Below, piece after piece: positions 37,306 through 50,587 of a stretch of 64,000 bases of DNA. The first letter of the stretch is position 1. Each line of letters starts with the position of its first letter. This stretch comes from Octopus sinensis (taxonomy: Eukaryota), in assembly GCF_006345805.1 (NCBI RefSeq), contig NC_042999.1, forward strand, positions 20,646,001 to 20,710,000, given 5' to 3'. Position numbers and translations under genes: made by a program. The notes below the pieces were generated by a model. That model searched no databases, was not told the origin of the DNA, and worked only from the letters and a program-made list of their open reading frames with translations.

Positions 37306-37680
37306 GTGTGTATATATATACGTATATGCATGCTATTATATATATTTGTATATATATATGTTTATGTATATACATGTATATGTACATATATATATATATA
37401 TATATGAGTATATATATATATATATATATAATATATATATATATATATGCATATATATGAATTAATATGCACACATATGCCTAAATGTATATTTATTTAT
37501 ATATAGATACACACATACATACACATATATATATGTATACACCAACACGCATATATATTGTATATCTGCATATCTATGTGTATATATACATATACATACA
37601 TATATACGTGTGTGAGTGCGTGTGTGAGAGTGCGCGTGTGTATGTGTTTGTGTTTGCGTGTGTGTGTGTGTCAGCTGTGT
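37000..37680. repeat. (TA)n/(TACA)n/(GT)n compound microsatellite
   Basis: Direct reading. Confidence 0.95.
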
Positions 37681-39543
37681 AAAATCACAATTCTTCAGTC
37701 AATATTCTGCACCAAGTTGGCAACATTGTTTCATTTATTTCCTTTGTCAGTGAAGTAATGAAATCAATCAGACTTTCGTTGCATTGTTTTCCTTTTGTGT
37801 TTCGTTTGATTTAGTTTTGATCAGTATGTTATTGGTATTATGATTTTTTAGTAGTATCAGCTTTATTGCGTGCTTTCACTGATCAACCGACCGCTGCTCT
37901 CTACACCTTTGTTATGTACAGTGTTTTGTTTTGATTTTTACAATGTCTGTTTCAGTGTCAGCATTCTTCCTAATATGTTTGCAGCATCTAGTGTTCCTAA
38001 TTTTTGTTTGATGTTCATATTTGTGAAGATCAGTGGTTTTGGTTATGTAATTTCCTGCATGTTTCTTTAATTCTTTCAATTTATACGTTATCATTGTATT
38101 TGATTTTGATTTTCATTTCTCGCATTCTTTGTTTTCTCTATTTTTGAAGTCTCTATATATGGACAAATACGTTAATCTCTTTCAGGAATACATCATCCCC
38201 TGTTGGGAAATGGATCTCCGTTTAGGATCTGAGTCCTTTCTGAGTACACCTTGTCTACATTATCTATCCGATTTAACTTAATATCTTAATCTGTGTGGAT
38301 TAGTAAAATCTCCGAATATGCCCCCTTAATCATTCACCAAATTTTTTCCACCGTGTGACTATTATCACCGCTTTTCTATCGTCTTCCATTATGCTTTAAC
38401 AGTGACTATAATTTCAGATTAATTCGTAACTAAGGCTATTCGTTCGCTAAGCCTGAGTAGCGAGAAAAAGTAAAGCTAAAGACGTGGTTTCTTATGTGGC
38501 ACACTTGCGGCAGATTAACCTTTTTTTTACAATCATTATGTGAACTTCGCGATTCCTCGTATGGAATGCATTGTTGGCGTACTGTAGCCAAGCGTTCTTA
38601 AATTATGATTGCACATCTTGTATTTCATTTCTCCTGTTATGATTATTGGTTCTCTTACCTTGCTAATTTATAGTCTATTTTCCATGTAGGTTAGTGTGTT
38701 CGGTGCACCACCTTCTAAGGTTTCATTTCAGTTAATCAGTTTTTTAGTTTTCTTTGACATTTTGTTGTTGTTTCAGTGGTTGATTTGCATTTCTGCTATC
38801 CGTGAATAAAGTACAAAACAAAAATAAAAACATTCAATTCATTGTTTTCGTCTTATGTAATTTTTTATATAAGGTTTCCGACTGATAAATTGTAGTCTTT
38901 TAATAATTATTTTATAAAAGTTTCTAGTTGAATAAATCTATTAGATACTAGTATTTGTGGAAAATATAATGTTTTAGTATTATACTTCGAATGAAACCTT
39001 TCATTTTCTAATTAGTTCTTTTGATATCAATAAGCTAATAAGCTCAGCAACCAGTCCAAAAATTACAACTTATTCTTGCTAAAGTTTTATTCCTTTTTAG
39101 TGTTGCAATTATATATGACCTCCATATTACTCCGTCTTTCATTCTTGTCGAAATCTCTCACGTACATGGTTCCTCAGTATCTCTAAGTTTGTCATTTTCT
39201 CTATTTCTCTCAATGTCTCTCAATGTCTCTGTTATTGTCACTCTATCATGATAATCAATGCTTTCCTTTATATTTTGTCAACACTGCATTTGCGATAAAT
39301 TCTTATCTCATACCCATTACTCTTCTAAATCTGTCTTTGCTTTAATATGTTTTGATGGTTTTCGTATGCAGTGCACAACCTGAGGTCATTCATATAGAAA
39401 AAATTGGTTCATTTATTCTCAGACCATCTATACTTACGTCCACTCTTTTGGGTCGTCGCCAAAATCTCCTCGCCGACATTAATTTTAATCACAATGCACA
39501 ATATGGTACGTGCTCATCAAGAGTTTGTTTCCACTTTGAGATG

Positions 39544-39699
39544 TGTTGTGTTGACGCCCCCAGACGATGAAGTAGGCTAGCCCAATACGTAGATACAGAG
39601 GGAGAAGTCTAGACGTCAAGGTAGACTAGAACAGTAGAGAGTAGAGTTGGGTTGAGTAGAAGGCATCTGAACGCGTGACATAACAGTGGCGACGAGGAT
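39544..39699 (+). mobile_element. Short LTR plus primer-binding site of an LTR retrotransposon remnant
   Basis: TGTTGTGT...ACATAACA termini (39544-39685) followed after 1 nt by TGGCGACGAGGAT, complementary to the 3' end of tRNA-Ser(GCU); no internal ORF follows. Confidence 0.55.
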
Positions 39700-39980
39700 T
39701 TCGTAGAACACACAGCCACTATGTAGTATTGCGATAATAACAACACGGCACTGTTGATGTATTTTAATAGTATCGGAAAAGCTTTCGCTATGTGGTGTGA
39801 CCTGTATATAAAAGACAGTAGTAAAATATCAAATCATTTTCAGTAATCACTACAAAAAGCACCATGCCTTATCATCATTATATCCCTTACTTATACGATA
39901 CTAGGTTCGTTAGCAGCTGAGAGGTCTCCTGAGCACGCCCGGTTTTCCGCGCCAAACAGAAAACTCCATTCCGGCACACC

Positions 39981-40217
39981 TATCTCTTTACTACCCACAA
40001 GGCGCTAAACACAGAGGGGACAAACAAGGACAGACAAACGGATTAAGTCGATTACATCGACCCCAGTGCGTAACTGGTACTTAATTTATCGACCCCCGAA
40101 AGGATGAAAGGCAAAGTCGACCTCGGCGGAATTTGAACTCACAGCGTAACGCAGACGAAATACCGCTAAGCATTTCGCCCCGCGTGCTAACGTTTCTGCC
40201 AGCTCGCCGCCTTTTGA
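39981..40217 (-). mobile_element. SINE family C monomer with TSD
   Basis: 14-bp TSD CATTCCGGCACACC at 39967-39980 and 40218-40231. Confidence 0.92.
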
Positions 40218-42009
40218 CATTCCGGCACACCGTTTGACATATCTTTTCCTGGCCTTGATTTACTGCCTCCTGCCGTGTAGAACGTTGTTGGAGATTTTGG
40301 TTTTTACCCGTGAAATATTTATTACCTGCGCGATACCCTTAAATATTTTATTGTGCCTCTACGTATATCTTCCAAGGACTGGTTTTACTCTGCAAGGACT
40401 CAATATGTGTTCCATTGCCGGTTTATCCCGGCAGAGTAAGCAGAATCATTAGCACACCGCATAAAATGCTTAACGGAATTTCGTCCGCCTTTACGTTTAA
40501 GAGTTTAAATTTCGCCGAGGTCGAATTTAACATTTAACCTTTCGGGGTCAATGAAATGAGTATCATTTAATCACTGCGATCGACGATTGGCCCCGCAACA
40601 AAATTTCAGACATTGTACCTGTAATAAAAAGGATTATTATTAATATCATCATTATCATCATCATCACCATCATCGTCTTCATCATCATCATCGTCGTCGT
40701 CGTCGTCGTCGTCACCGTCATTATCATCATCATCATCATCATCATCTTGATTATTTGTAGAAGTAGTAGTTGTGACTAGCAGCAGCAGTTTTAGTAGTAG
40801 TACTACAGATAAATTGAGCCCCAAGAAAACCGAGTTAAATATTGGTTTGGTCTTTATTTACAATTTGATCATTCTCTTGAACAATAGGTATTTAGGCTTT
40901 GTGTTTGCGCCCTCTTGTAGATTTTGGTAATATAGTGTTGAACATTATCTTTTAGATATTTTCCCTTGGTCTAGAAAAACATAAAACTTTTGAACGTAAT
41001 TTTTTCTTCGGAAAACGCCTATCGGATGATAATTTGGAAAGTGATTATTACAGAGACGTGTAACAAAAACAAACAAAAAAAATTACACGGACATAAAGTA
41101 GCAGATTATGACACTTCAATGGACAGTGGCGCTAGTGTGAACAATTCTATCGAGATATTTGGCAGCAACGAAGCCACCATGAAGAAAATTTCAACAAAAA
41201 CTCGCAAATTTTGCTAAATAAATACATCGTAAATTACATCAGTGAGAATTTAAAAAAAATTTCTTAGCATTCCTAATCGAATGCTGATTTCTACATTAAA
41301 TTAATTTGATTCAAGAAGAGAGTGGCAACCATGCGTCAGAAGAGAGTGCATAACCATGCCTGAGGGATTTAACATCTAAGAATTTAGGAGGCGAAAATTG
41401 ATGCAATTGCACTAAACAGATTAGAATAAGGTGTTCAGTGTATCCTCAAAATAAAAAAAAAAGTGAGGGCTCTGGCCGACGTGTGAGAGAATGTGGTCAC
41501 CACAGATCGAGAGTGTGTTTTGGGGGTTTAAAGATCGAGGCTGGAAAAAAAGGGACAAGCTGAGTTGATGAGGTACTCGCCTGCTAATACAGTTAACTAG
41601 CAATACAATTAACATTGAAATACAAATAAAAGGTGAAATTTTTAAAAAAGAGGTGGAACTAGAGACAGTCATCTGTAAATCACAGTCAACTGGTATCTTA
41701 ATAAAGGTGGTTAGTTAAGGAAGGTGTATCTAAAATCGTTATGGGTCGGGGAGAAGGATTGTAGGGACATAAATGTTATACTGAACTCGGAAAAGCACGG
41801 AAGCATTCTGCAATTATCTCCGATAGTGGGTTTTGAAAAAAGACCAATTACATAAACAGCGACAGTAGAAAACTTGACAGCTGCTCGTGCTGTAGGAACT
41901 CTAGTTTCTGTCCTGGGGACATGAAAAACAGATGAAGTGATGTACCAATGTACAATTCCACAAATATCAGCAAACATCGAAGGAATATAAATGTATGTGG
42001 TTTGAGTTT

Positions 42010-44090
42010 GTCCCGGAAGCAATATCACTTACAGAGCGACCGCAAGTTATTAGCTATAGATGTGACAGTCGTCGGTGAGATCAGTATCTCCGATACGCGC
42101 AAGCTCGCGCTCATGTGTAACACTTTGAGATCTCTGCCCATCGGCTTGTTGACCTGGACTGGGAATGGGTTGCAATACTGTTGAAAAAACACATGGATTT
42201 CGAGGTCTGCACTAACATTCAGGACCCAGATTGTAGGTTGGTAGTCGTGGATATGCGCAATAGCGATGGTAGTATTTTAAGATTAGTTCATGTGTACACT
42301 CAGACTGGGGTGTGGCAGACGGAATTTTCAGACGTTTGGAGAATTTCCTTGGTACGTCTCGCTGTTTAGTACTCGCGGGGATTTGGAATGCTATCTTGGA
42401 CGCAAGCCTAGACTGTATGTGGCTAGCCAATAAGGGACAGAGATATAAATGCGTCACAAGCCTGGTCTTATACTTCCTATCGGCTTACAGGTACCAACTT
42501 TATTTTTCCAACGCGCCAATGAGGACATGGACAAACAACCTAGGATCTTCCACATCATATCCAGAGAGAGTATTCTGTTGGCCAGAATATAGAAGAGACC
42601 TAATTTGTCCACTGTTCAAAGTCGTCGACTACGCTGACCACGAATAGACAAGGCTACAGGAAGCTGAAATCGTCGTTCAAGATGCGTCAAGCTTTCAGTG
42701 ATCGGTTGGCCGGTTAATCCATCGGAAATCGTCAGCAGCAATTGTCAACAACCAATGGTGACCAGCTAGAAGGGTTGCTTAGGAAAGTCATAGCAGCCAA
42801 CGTACTAGCGGCGAAATTGACTCCTGGCCGTCTTCCCTTGCTCTCTTTTGTTGCCCATCTAACTGGAGTCCTATTTTACTTTCTATGGAAGGAATGAATT
42901 CAGCTATTTAGACGGCCCATTTATTGTCAGGAGCTGATGCGTGGAGGGAGGGCATGTTGTAGTTAATGATCCGCAGCCAAGCGCTGAGATTGCGATATCT
43001 CCAGCGAATCCTTGACAGTGAGAATGTGTAGTCGCCAATTGTCAAGCAGGATTGTCAACAGCTACTCATATTGATGGGGCTGCAGTCCTGGATCAAGTAC
43101 ATACTAAGACACATTTTTGGAGCGTGAAGTCGCCAAGCGCTCACAGTCCTCTTGCCAGTCGAGCAATGATGTCGATGGATGTTCCATCGTGAAGTTCTAT
43201 GGAAGATTACTGGTGGTCAAAGTGATGACGTTCTCAGGGAATATCTGCGAACCAGGGAAGATCAGAAAATGTCTGGGGATCAGAGGAGTTTCGGAAATTC
43301 TTCGGTTTTTTCCAGAGGACTTTCGCAAATTTTTCACAGAACCGGGTCCTATGTATATTTCCAGAAATCCCAGGTCTGGCATCGCTACAGAGGATTTGTC
43401 GATCCAAGATAAGCTCTGTGGGAATGGAGGTGCTTTCAGACAGACGTAGATGGATGAAAGCGTTTGGCATGCACTCGTCCAGTGTCCGCCCATTGCTAAG
43501 TTGTGGAGACCTATTTACTAGCTGTTGTCACGTGTAGGACAAGTCCAGTTTTCGACCGAGTTCATCATGAGGATCGCCCTGCTGCCTTCTTTTGACCGGA
43601 AGGGCTGACATTTTTTTCTCAGTCAAGTGGCTATGATAAAGCGAATGTCGTGGACAATTTTTTGAATAGACTGAAGTCAGACGCTCTTCTCTACGGCCAA
43701 GCTCATGTGGATTTTTGCAAGTTCTACATTAAATGGAGAGCAAGGGTTGAGATAGCTGGAAGTGTTTCACATCTCTACATCCATTATTTTTGTTGAAAGG
43801 TGGTGGTTAAGTGACGAGGGTGACATGTCTGAATTGGCTTAGCTTAAACATGCGCCTGTTGACATGAAGGGATGAAGGGGACAGTCGTGCCTTTTTGAGA
43901 TACCTTTGGATAAAGGGCTGACCATGACGTATGGGGTCCTACTCCTTTTCTCTTTAGGGGAATTCTATATGATTATTTTTGTTAATTGTTCTTGTTTTTA
44001 TATTGTTTACAATTGATTTTGTGTTAAACCCACTGTCCCTTTATGTTAACCTTTTGTTTCGGTTTGGTTCTTGTGACCAATAAAGATACG
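42010..44090 (+). mobile_element. Degenerate L1/Tx1-like LINE lacking the RT core
   Basis: APE motifs DPDCRLVVVD, LRLVHVY, FRRLENFL, LVLAGIWNAILD, TWTN and YADH; post-RT LFYFLW..GG; C-terminal ESVWHALVQCP; AATAAA near 44079. Possible ORF1 relic upstream (41100-42000) not confirmed. Confidence 0.75.
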
Positions 44091-44151
44091 ATTCTTATTG
44101 TTATCATTAATGTTATTATTGTTGTTGTTATTATCACTATTTTCAAAAGCA

Positions 44152-44250
44152 TTTTTCTTTAAATTCTGCTTCCATTTCTTGCCGAGTGTCTTCTTGACAC
44201 TTAGGGCAAAGAAACGTACTGTATAACATTGGTAAGCCATTAAAACAAAG
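44152..44250 (-). mobile_element. Isolated Dong-like 3' UTR fragment
   Basis: Reverse complement matches 34080-34180 and runs into a TAA/CAA-rich tract. Confidence 0.85.
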
Positions 44251-44330
44251 TCACCAGATTGTTTATTTACAAGGTCATATGACAGGCAAAAAGGGGAAGA
44301 CAGACAGAAAAAGAAAAAAAAATGAAAATA

Positions 44331-44332
<2 letters not shown>

Positions 44333-44411
<79 letters not shown>

Positions 44412-44417
44412 ATAGTG

Positions 44418-44450
<33 letters not shown>

Positions 44451-44458
44451 CCAGCAGC

Positions 44459-44496
<38 letters not shown>

Positions 44497-44650
44497 CAGC
44501 AGTAGCAGTAGCAGCAGCAGTAGTAGTAGTAGTAGTAGTAGTAGTAGGGGCAGCAGCAGCAGCAGCAGTAGTAGAAGTAGTAGTAGTAGTAGTAGTGGTG
44601 GTGGTGATGGTGGTGGTGGTGGTGGTGGTTCTGCTGGTGCTGGTGCTGGT
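44333..44650. repeat. Compound (TTA)(GTA)(GCA)(GTG) microsatellite
   Basis: Direct reading. Confidence 0.95.
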
Positions 44651-45179
44651 TTGCTCACCATATAATTTTGATCTCTTCGTACGTTAGAAAAAACAATCAG
44701 ACTACTCTTTTAGGCAGTTCTTGTTATTTGATTGCGTTGCACAGTTTTGTTTTCGAAGTGTGTAAGAGGGCAAAGGTGTTTTGATTTGTCTAGATTTTAA
44801 ACCACTTGGGGATTTACACAGCTATATTTATACATCTAGGAAAATATAAAAATATATATATGTATATTTAGTTTGAAAGAGATGCCTCGAGATGAGTGGT
44901 GGTGGTGGTGGTGGGAGGGAGAAATTGGTGAGAGAGTGTGGAGGAAGTAATTCCACTTCATTAAGTTAGGCAAAAATATTCCATTATTGTGCTAAATTAA
45001 AAAAAAAAGCAGCCTTAGAACTAACACCTCCGGCCCTACCTGATTATTATGGTAGCTACAGGAACAGCGCTAACAACATCAAACCATCATCATAAAACTA
45101 ACACCAAGAACAATATGGCGGACAACAACAACAACAACACGGACATCAACACCAATTACAACAATAGTACCAATTTATT

Positions 45180-45405
45180 TACTACCTAGAAGGGGCTAAA
45201 CACAGAGAGGACAAACAAGGACAGACAAACGGATTAAGTCGATTATATCGACCCCAGTGCGTAACTGGTACTTATTTAATCGACTCCGAAGGGTTTGAAA
45301 GACAAAGTCGACCTCGGCGGAATTTGAACTCAGAACGCAGCGGCGGACGAAATACCACAAAGCATTTTGCCCTGCGTGCTAACGATTCTGCCAGCTGGCC
45401 GCCTT
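45180..45405 (-). mobile_element. SINE family C monomer
   Basis: Matches family C. Confidence 0.88.
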
Positions 45406-45782
45406 ACACAATAGTACCAACACCACTAACAACGACGCTAACACCATTCTTTGCCACTACTATCACATTGAGCAACAACCGATCATGTGCGAATATAACA
45501 GTAGTTACCAATATAACAGCAAGTAGCGGCTGTAGAATTCCTGTCAACAATTATGCCAATATCACATGAAAGAAATTTTTCCTTTGTCGTTACGACTACA
45601 ATATTCAAGAAAAGGTGTTTTCAGATATCAGGGAAGGATGAATGGATTAGTTGCACAAAAACGGATTTAGTGAAGCATGGATAAGATCATGTTGAAAATT
45701 ATTTAGTGGAGCTAAACCTCGAAGCAGATCTTTTTCGACACCAGATTAGAGTTGCGCGTGTGTTATATTATTATGTTACTCT

Positions 45783-46209
45783 TTTACTTGTTTCAGTCTT
45801 GCGACTGTAGCCATACTGGAGCACAGACTTTATTCGAGCAAATCGACCCCAGGATTTATTCTTTGATTCTTTGTAAGCCTAGTATTTATTCTATCGGTCT
45901 CTTTTGCCAAACCGCTAGCTTACCGGGTACGTAAACACTCTAGTTCGGGGACGTATACAAACAAGCAGAGGTTGTCAAGCGATGTTGGGGGGACAATCAC
46001 AGATACACAATCACACACACAAACACATATATGTATATATACATATATACGACGGACTTCTTTCAGTTTCCGTCTACGAAATCCACTCACAAGGCTTTGG
46101 TCGGCCCGAGGCTATAGCAGAAGACACTTGCCCAAGGTGCCACGCAGTGGGACTGAACGTGGAAACATGTGGTTCGTAAGCAAGATACTTACCACGCAGC
46201 CACTCCTAC
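45783..46209 (-). mobile_element. SINE family B
   Basis: Reverse complement of the family B head, body and tail. Confidence 0.88.
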
Positions 46210-46579
46210 ATTTTTCAGCGTCAATTATTTGGGGAATGGAGATATGATATGCATTGTAGAGAACAGGAGAGATAGGGGTCACACACGACAGCATTACCAC
46301 CATACAGATCTCTGCAGTTAGAAAACGGGGTTTAAAAGCCCTTTTGTGCGTACACCTTCAACAATAGAACAATAACAACAGCAACAACGGTGACAACTAT
46401 CGAAATAGCAGCAACAAAGGTCATTAAAATGGTCTCATCAGCAACAACATCAAGAACAAAGAAAGAAAAACAACAACAATCATGATAGCAAATATGACGG
46501 CCATCTTCAAACCAGGAAGTCTCGAAGGAGTTATCTCTCTTTCATAATAACAGCAACACAACAGAAACAACATGACGCA

Positions 46580-46830
46580 CATGTATTCCTCAACCAGTCT
46601 TTATCTGGCGCCGCAAATGGAGGAGGAGCACTGCGCATGGCAAACGGCGATCCTAGAGTCGAGAATAATTATTCCACTGGCAGTTGCTACGCTTTATGCC
46701 CCCTACCTCGCGCGCGCACGCACAACAAGAGACACGAGAATCCAAAGAGCCAACAGAGCAGACTCATTTCCATTATCACTTTCACAACACCACGCAAAAA
46801 TTAAACATAAGATGGACACCGCCAAATAAA
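46580..46830. promoter_or_regulatory. CpG-rich non-repeat patch, possible promoter or first exon
   Basis: Locally CpG-rich (TGGCGCCGC, CTGCGCATG, CGCGCGCGC) in an AT-rich window; possible minus-strand donor GAG|GTAGGG near 46705. Confidence 0.3.
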
Positions 46831-46925
46831 AGATAAACCCCCACAACACAAAAACAATTACAAGAAAAACCTCATCATTATCCTCACCACCACCACCACC
46901 ACCACCGTCATCGTCGTCGTTGTCA

Positions 46926-46960
<35 letters not shown>

Positions 46961-47004
46961 ATCGTCGTCGTCGTCACCACATCGTAGAACAACATCCTTT
47001 TCTA

Positions 47005-47415
47005 CTCTAGGCACAAGGCCCGAAATCTTTGGGGAGGGGGCCAGTCGATTAGATCGATCCCAAGTACGCAACTGCTATTTAATTTATCGACCCCGAAAGG
47101 ATGAAAGGCAAATTCGACATCGGCGGAATTTGATCTCAGAACGTAAAGACAGAAGAAATACAACTAAACATCTTGCCCGGCATGCTAACATTTCTTATTT
47201 CTTTATTGCCCACAAGGGGCTAAACATAGAAGGGACAAACAAGGATAGACAAAGGGATTAAGTCGAACCCAGTGCGAAACTGGTATTTAATTTATCGGCC
47301 CCGAAATGATGAATAGCAATGTCGACCTCGGTGAAATTGGAACTCAGAACGTAAAGACAGTCGAAATACAGCTAAGAATTTCGCCCGGTGTGCTAACGTT
47401 ACTGCCAGCTCACTG
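47005..47415 (-). mobile_element. SINE family C dimer
   Basis: Head plus two bodies with different tails. Confidence 0.85.
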
Positions 47416-48599
47416 CTTTGAATAAGAAAAAATTCATAAAAGCGAACAATAGCAACTTGCTCTCACCTTTACTTTTATCTGAAAGTAAATGCGACATCAT
47501 AAGAAGTAACTGTAAATACAGAGGGTAAGAAATCTCTCATTAAAAGAATGGCAGAGGAGAACCTAGAAGTCTACAAAACACAGCTTAAATTAAAGGATTT
47601 CAAAGGGAAGCACTGTAGGTATCTAGCTGCAGCCAAATCATCATTTGAAAAATGAAAATATTCTGTATTCAATAATCTATGCCCGAGTAGTTCTTGCTTA
47701 TATATCCATCAATGTAAATGATGTACATAATTCCTCATCTATTAAATATAGAACTGTATTATTTAATATTTGTAGGAGAGATACGAGTATCAGCTAAGGG
47801 CATCTTTTGGTCCAGAAGTGGAAGTGGCTTCCTCTTCATGGCTATTCTGCAAACGACTGTGTGTACGAAAGAACATTATATGCACGCGTGCGCGTGTGTG
47901 TGTGTGTGAGAGAGAGAGTATTTCTCTTTCTCCTCAAGATATCCTCAAATATTCCCCCTTGGCGGAAATTAAGGGAAGTCGTGTACTTCAGTTTCTTTCC
48001 TGGTTTTGGGATAATTACAACGAAATCGCCCAAGTGAATGGGGATATTTACAGTATGATCTAGCAGACTGGATACACCAGGTGATTAAGGGGATTCGCTT
48101 TTAACTGTGTCATACTGATCACTTATGACGTCTGTATCGTACTCGTTAAATTGCAACTGTTTCACACTCACGAAAAGAATTACTTGCAAACATAAAAACC
48201 ACAGATTTTCCCTTGACTTAAAAGTGTCGGCTGATATTTTTTATGAAAGGATTGCCTGTAGGCTTTAGTTATTATAAGAAATGATAAAAGAAAATTTCTA
48301 ATTGCTAAAGCTACTGTTGCAATTTGGTATCAAGGGAAGAAATAATTCTTAAGTCTTGTTGAACTTGTTTCAACATCCATGATGGGACACTGCCTTGAAA
48401 TGGTTAATCGAAAAAAACGCCCTCAGCACTAATTTTCTAAGTTTACTATTTATTGTATCGATTTCATTTGTCGAACTGCTAATTTACAGAGACGTAAAAA
48501 AACCAACACCGGTTGTCATTTGGTGGTGGTAGTGGTGGTTGTGTTGTTCACCCCAAGGACGGATCACACACTGGTCGACCACTTGAGGTCATGAAGAGC

Positions 48600-49340
48600 G
48601 ATAGTATCAACTTCACGAAAATCCACGTCAAACGACCAGAGAGTTCACAGAGCAGATGAATTGTGATTTAAAAAAAGATGTGGTGATCCACGTTCACTCA
48701 ATGGGCAAGGTTCGTGCTTGGATGCCACACACTTTGAGCGAAAACAACAAAATCAACGCTCCACAATCTCCACCAGATTGCTCAAATCGATATCGCACAC
48801 CCCATGGTCACAAACAACGTTTTCTATACCGCACTGCGACCGGCGACGAAAAATGGTGCCTTTACGTCAATATGAAGCAGCGAAAAGACTATGTTGTGGG
48901 ACTGGGAAGGTGTAACTCATTACGAACTGCTTGAGCGCAACCAAGCACTTAATGCAGAGCTCCACGTTCATAAACTGCACCGACCCAACGAGGCAATTCA
49001 GCAAAAAAGACCAAATGGGCGAAATGGCATTCTTATGGAACACGTCAACGCTCATCCTCAAATCGCCAATATAACAAGAGCAGCGATTCATGAACTCGAA
49101 TCGGAAGTGCTGCCTCATCCTCTATACTCTCCATAATTGGCGTCGTCAGATTTTCATCTCTTAGGACGGCTTTCGAACTCTTTGCCCCGTGTATCGTTCA
49201 ATAATGACGTAGAATTGAAAGCTTGGTTGGATGAATTCTGTGAGTCAAGCCTGGGAGATTTCTATCGCGTTGGCGTCTAAAATCTTATTGAATGAATGGA
49301 GGAAGTCGTAAACAGCAACGGAGAGTATATTATTGATATT
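48600..49340 (+). mobile_element. Degenerate mariner transposase
   Basis: EQMNCD..HSMGK, WMPHTL (WVPHEL), TGDEKW, LWDWEG, HPLYSP*LASSDFHL; stops and frameshifts; TIRs not identified. Confidence 0.85.
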
Positions 49341-49454
49341 AATTTGTTGTAGTTCCTTTTGCTTGAAACATATTTGAAAAATCGCTCATGAATTATTCTT
49401 AAGCCCGGGCCTATAATAGAAGAGAATCGCTTAGGGTGCCGCCCAATCGAATTT

Positions 49455-49690
49455 GAAGGCGGCGAGCTGGCAGAAACGTTAGCACGCCGGGCAAAAAGGC
49501 TTAGCAGTATATCGTCTACCGCTACGTTCTGTGTTCAAATTCCGCCGAGGTCGACTTTGCCTTTCATCCTTTCGGGGTCGATTAAATAAGTACCAGTTAC
49601 GCACTGGGGTCGGTGTAATCGACTTAATACCTCTGTCTGTCCTCGTTTGTCCCCTCTATGTTTAGCCCCTTTTGGGCAATAAAGAAATAA
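49455..49690 (+). mobile_element. SINE family C monomer
   Basis: Matches family C. Confidence 0.9.
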
Positions 49691-50587
49691 GAATTGAACC
49701 CGAAACTACCAGGCTGCAAAACAAGCTTCTTAACCAAATAGCCATGCCAGGAAATCAATATTGAAAACGCCTTTGCTATTGAACAACTGGATCTTCAAAC
49801 CTTTGCTGCGTTAATAATTCCTTTTAGACGTTAATGAAATTAGATAAGCCAGACTTGATTCTCGTAAAAAGCATTCGCCAAGTTCTTCATTTGGCATGTT
49901 CTTGTGATTCTAAAGAATTACGTTCTAATATTGACTAACTTTTAAGAGGAACTTAACAACTGGCACCGCAGATCAATTTTACGTAGAGAACATTACCTGG
50001 AGATATATAAATTAATCAAGTATAGCAAGGAACCATTGAAAATGATTTGACTTTCAGCTACAAGGTTGTTATCGAGACGCAGCTGTCTAAATAGAAATTC
50101 TAAGCCGGTGGGATGCATTCAAACTGCATTTTCAAACAGCGTTTTCTTGATGCGACAAGTATTATGCAATGCAACTGCATGCTATGTACTCCAATGGAAC
50201 TAATAAACTTTATTTAACATTTATAAGATCTGCGATGAGTAAATACTTTACAGTTCCGAAAGGAAATAGCGGATCCATGTAGAATCTTAGATTAAGCATG
50301 AAGCTTTGCATTGGCTATGCCTAAAAGAAGTTTACATTCTCAATACGTGAATCGTGAAATAAATTTAGGTGTTGATTTACAACGTATGTCATAAAATATA
50401 GAGATTTGGATACGACTCTATACCTTGCTAATCAGTAAACTTCTATCAAAAGAAATTTCAAAAAGCACGGCAACACTCTGTACAACATCGGTGACTCCTA
50501 TCGTTGTGGCTTCGTGCTAGAAAATCTTGACACCTGTACCACGATATAATAAACACCTTGGAAGGTATTAAAAAAATAAATACCCTT

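Noticed and set aside
39450-39461. Second PBS-like sequence TGGCGACGACCC on the minus strand
   Set aside because: Not preceded by an LTR end (..CA) and a shorter tRNA match.
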